Source of the DNA: Psammoneis japonica
Taxonomy: Eukaryota
DNA: 52,558 nucleotides
Assembly (NCBI GenBank): GCA_008632985.1
Contig: QPGO01000337.1
Coordinates: forward strand, 1 to 52,558
Direction of reading: 5' to 3'
Part shown: one piece after another, positions 50,501 through 52,558 of the stretch
How the letters are laid out: every line of letters starts with the position of its first letter
Numbering within the stretch: position 1 is the first letter of the stretch
Made by a program: the position numbers and the translations under genes
Notes under the pieces: model-generated
What the model was told of the DNA's origin: nothing
What the model saw: the letters and a program-made list of their open reading frames with translations, nothing else
Database searches by the model: none

Positions 50501-52558
50501 TGGATGCTGGCACACTGACAAATTTGCCAGTGTGAGTCACACCAATGGCATGTCATCTGGAGGAGTGTAAAAAGCACAGCAAGCATTGTTTGTGGCAAAC
50601 ACTGGACCTGTCATGAGCTTCCCCACTGTTTTCTGTTACAACCCAATTTTGCATTTGGCAACTCAGCAACCTGGTCTGCCTTTTCTTGCTCTTGCACCCA
50701 TTTTGAGCAGAAATTGTGGCTTTTTTGCCAATCAAAAGGGACCAGTCATTTTGCACTTGTTTCACTCTTTGAAGCCAAGCTTGGTTGCTCTGCTGTTGCC
50801 ATTTGTGTTCATGTTGGCTGGTGCCAATTCCACAACAGTCAATTTTCTGCCCTTTGGAGCACTTTTCAGGAGCCAAATCTTCAAGAGTCAGGCCTGCTTG
50901 AGCAGTGTCAAAAGGAAAACTGTCCTCCTCCAGCTTGGCCAGGCAGCACAGATTGGATCACACATTTGGACCTCCCAGAGTGGGAGTTGGTTGTGGGAAG
51001 CACACGACAATGCAGCACATGATGAGGAGGATGCTGACTCATGGAAATCATCTCAACATCAGCAGGCAGAAGCTGAGCTTGCAGCTGTGTGTGACAAATG
51101 CCAGGAGGAGCACCTTGCCAAAAGAAACAGAGAGGTTCTGATGGACACTCCATGCACAAAAGATCACATGTTACATTCCACCACTTCCAGAATTCAGCTC
51201 AGAGTTGTGTTGCTGAGGTCAAACCATGTCCAAAGGAGAACATCAACAAAGCAAAGGGCCAAGTGCTTTGTGGCACTTGCACCATTGCCAGCTGCTTCAG
51301 TGGGGTGTCACCTTGTTCAGGTGTTTCGCCAGTGCTGGCACAGCTGGCAAAGGAGCAACAGCACTTGAAACTCAGATTTGATTTTTTGGCTTTTTGTGTT
51401 GTTCAAAATGTGATCACTCTCACACAAGTGCAACTTTAAGGCAGTGTGGCATGACTGGAGTGCTGCCTGTGGTCTCTTTGGCTCAGCAACAATTCACCAC
51501 TTCACATGGGTGGATGCAGCACAACATTCCACAGGTTTGTTGAAGAATGTGCAAAAGCAACCCGAGCAAGATTGCTGCCAAGTCAACCAACATGTCAAAG
51601 CACAAAGCTGCACATGCTGCATGCTGCAGCAGTTTGAAGTTTCCAGTTGCTCCAGCTTCTTGATCACAGGATGAAGGAACTGATGCAATGCAAGGAAACC
51701 TGCAAAAAATGACAGAACCTGTTTGATGGTGCTTTTTGCATTTGTTGTTCAAGTGAGCAACTCCACAGTCAAACAAGTCAATCTTTTTGGCACACAGTTG
51801 ATCCACTGTGCCTGGGTTCCTTGGTTGCATGTGGCATCACTCTGCAAATGGCATTGCAATGCATTTGGGCAACACCTTTTTCCTCAGCATGCCAGCTGTT
51901 TGATGATGTTTCTCTCCACAGAAGAAAGAAGTGTTGAGATGTTGTGCAATGAAGGCTATCACACTTGCAAAGTTTCTGAAGTTGTTGAAGTTGTCAGCAG
52001 GAATGCATGGGCAAGCATCCATGTCAATTGCCTCTGCCAGCAAGCATGTGTTCAGGGCATCTAACATGACAGAGGCATCATGCTGGTTTCAGCCAGAAGT
52101 GGAGGTTCAACAAGTTGAAGCCTGCTTGGGTGTGCATTTGCAACTGACTTTTTGTGTTCCTTTGCACAGTGAATTCATGGCACATTCTGCACCTTGTGCA
52201 AGCCCCATCTGACATTGGCTGGCATGTTGAATGCCCCATTTTGTCAAGTTTTGTGGTCAGTGCATGCAACTGTCTGGTGACAAGGAGTGCACTTCAAACT
52301 CTCAGTGACCATGGTTTCATGATTTTCAAGCAACTCACATTGCTGTGGGTGCAGACAAGCTGAGTGCATCACTCAGCTTGCAGCTGCAAAATGCCGCTGG
52401 CTTGTTTTTCATGAGATGTTGCTGCTCTCAGCTGAAACTTGTCTGAAGCATCAGTGTGTGTGTCTCAAAGCAAAAAGAGTGTCTGGGTGAGTCAGGAGGG
52501 CCAACACCTTTTTTCATGGACAACTGTGTGATGACAGGTGTTGGCAGCCGCGCATGTG
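47581..52558. repeat. ~5-kb direct repeat, copy B (runs to the window end)
   Basis: Colinear with 26866-31838. Confidence 0.95.
48053..48559 (+). pseudogene. Open but TpA-mutated copy of the small membrane protein gene (168 aa)
   Basis: TM helix, PSPSDPAPMPPEAPAPTPP linker, ~95-aa Gly-rich domain with no Tyr; one n at 48072. Confidence 0.5.

Larger units (their letters stand above)
16550..52558. other. TpA- and CpG-depleted, TpG/CpA-enriched transposon domain
   Basis: TpA is nearly absent except in a few islands. Manual count for 38101-39600: 1 TpA and about 33 CpG in 1,500 nt. Genes at 4.3-16.5 kb have ordinary TpA and CpG. Confidence 0.95.

Noticed and set aside
16550..52558. Most six-frame ORFs in the repeat domain as real genes
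   Set aside because: They overlap in all frames, lack motifs and are explained by loss of TAA/TAG stops.
16550..52558. Classical fungal-type RIP (CpA->TpA)
   Set aside because: RIP enriches TpA and lowers GC; here TpA is lost and conserved Tyr codons show TA is ancestral.
16550..52558. Sequencing or assembly artefact as the cause of TpA loss
   Set aside because: The pattern follows element boundaries (the unmutated MITE is bounded by its TSDs) and spares genes. Unlikely, though raw reads are needed to exclude it formally.

Overview
Eukaryotic, intron-containing DNA, most likely a pennate diatom (bipartite ASAF plastid-targeting signals, a fucoxanthin-type LHC, a CoDi-like Copia element); the species cannot be determined from sequence alone. 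Positions ~1-16.5 kb are mostly genic: a frameshifted PUS7/TruD pseudogene, adenylosuccinate synthetase, an LHC protein, a plastid SET-domain protein, PUS10 and a large EF-hand/Pro-rich membrane protein, plus one repeat island at ~2.4-4.2 kb. Positions ~16.5-52.6 kb are a nest of decayed transposons: a full Copia LTR element, a Plavaka-type transposase, a probable tyrosine-recombinase relic, several TIR elements and a ~5 kb duplication. The main observation is that the repeats, but not the genes, have lost almost every TpA dinucleotide through TpA->TpG/CpA transitions on both strands, more completely than they have lost CpG. Paired LTRs, paired TIR arms and old versus young copies differ almost only at TA/CG/TG/CA sites, and conserved Tyr residues of transposon proteins read Cys or His. 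This resembles a repeat-targeted A-to-G hypermutation process opposite in direction to fungal RIP. The pattern is seen directly; the mechanism and novelty are inference. All counts and alignments were done by eye.
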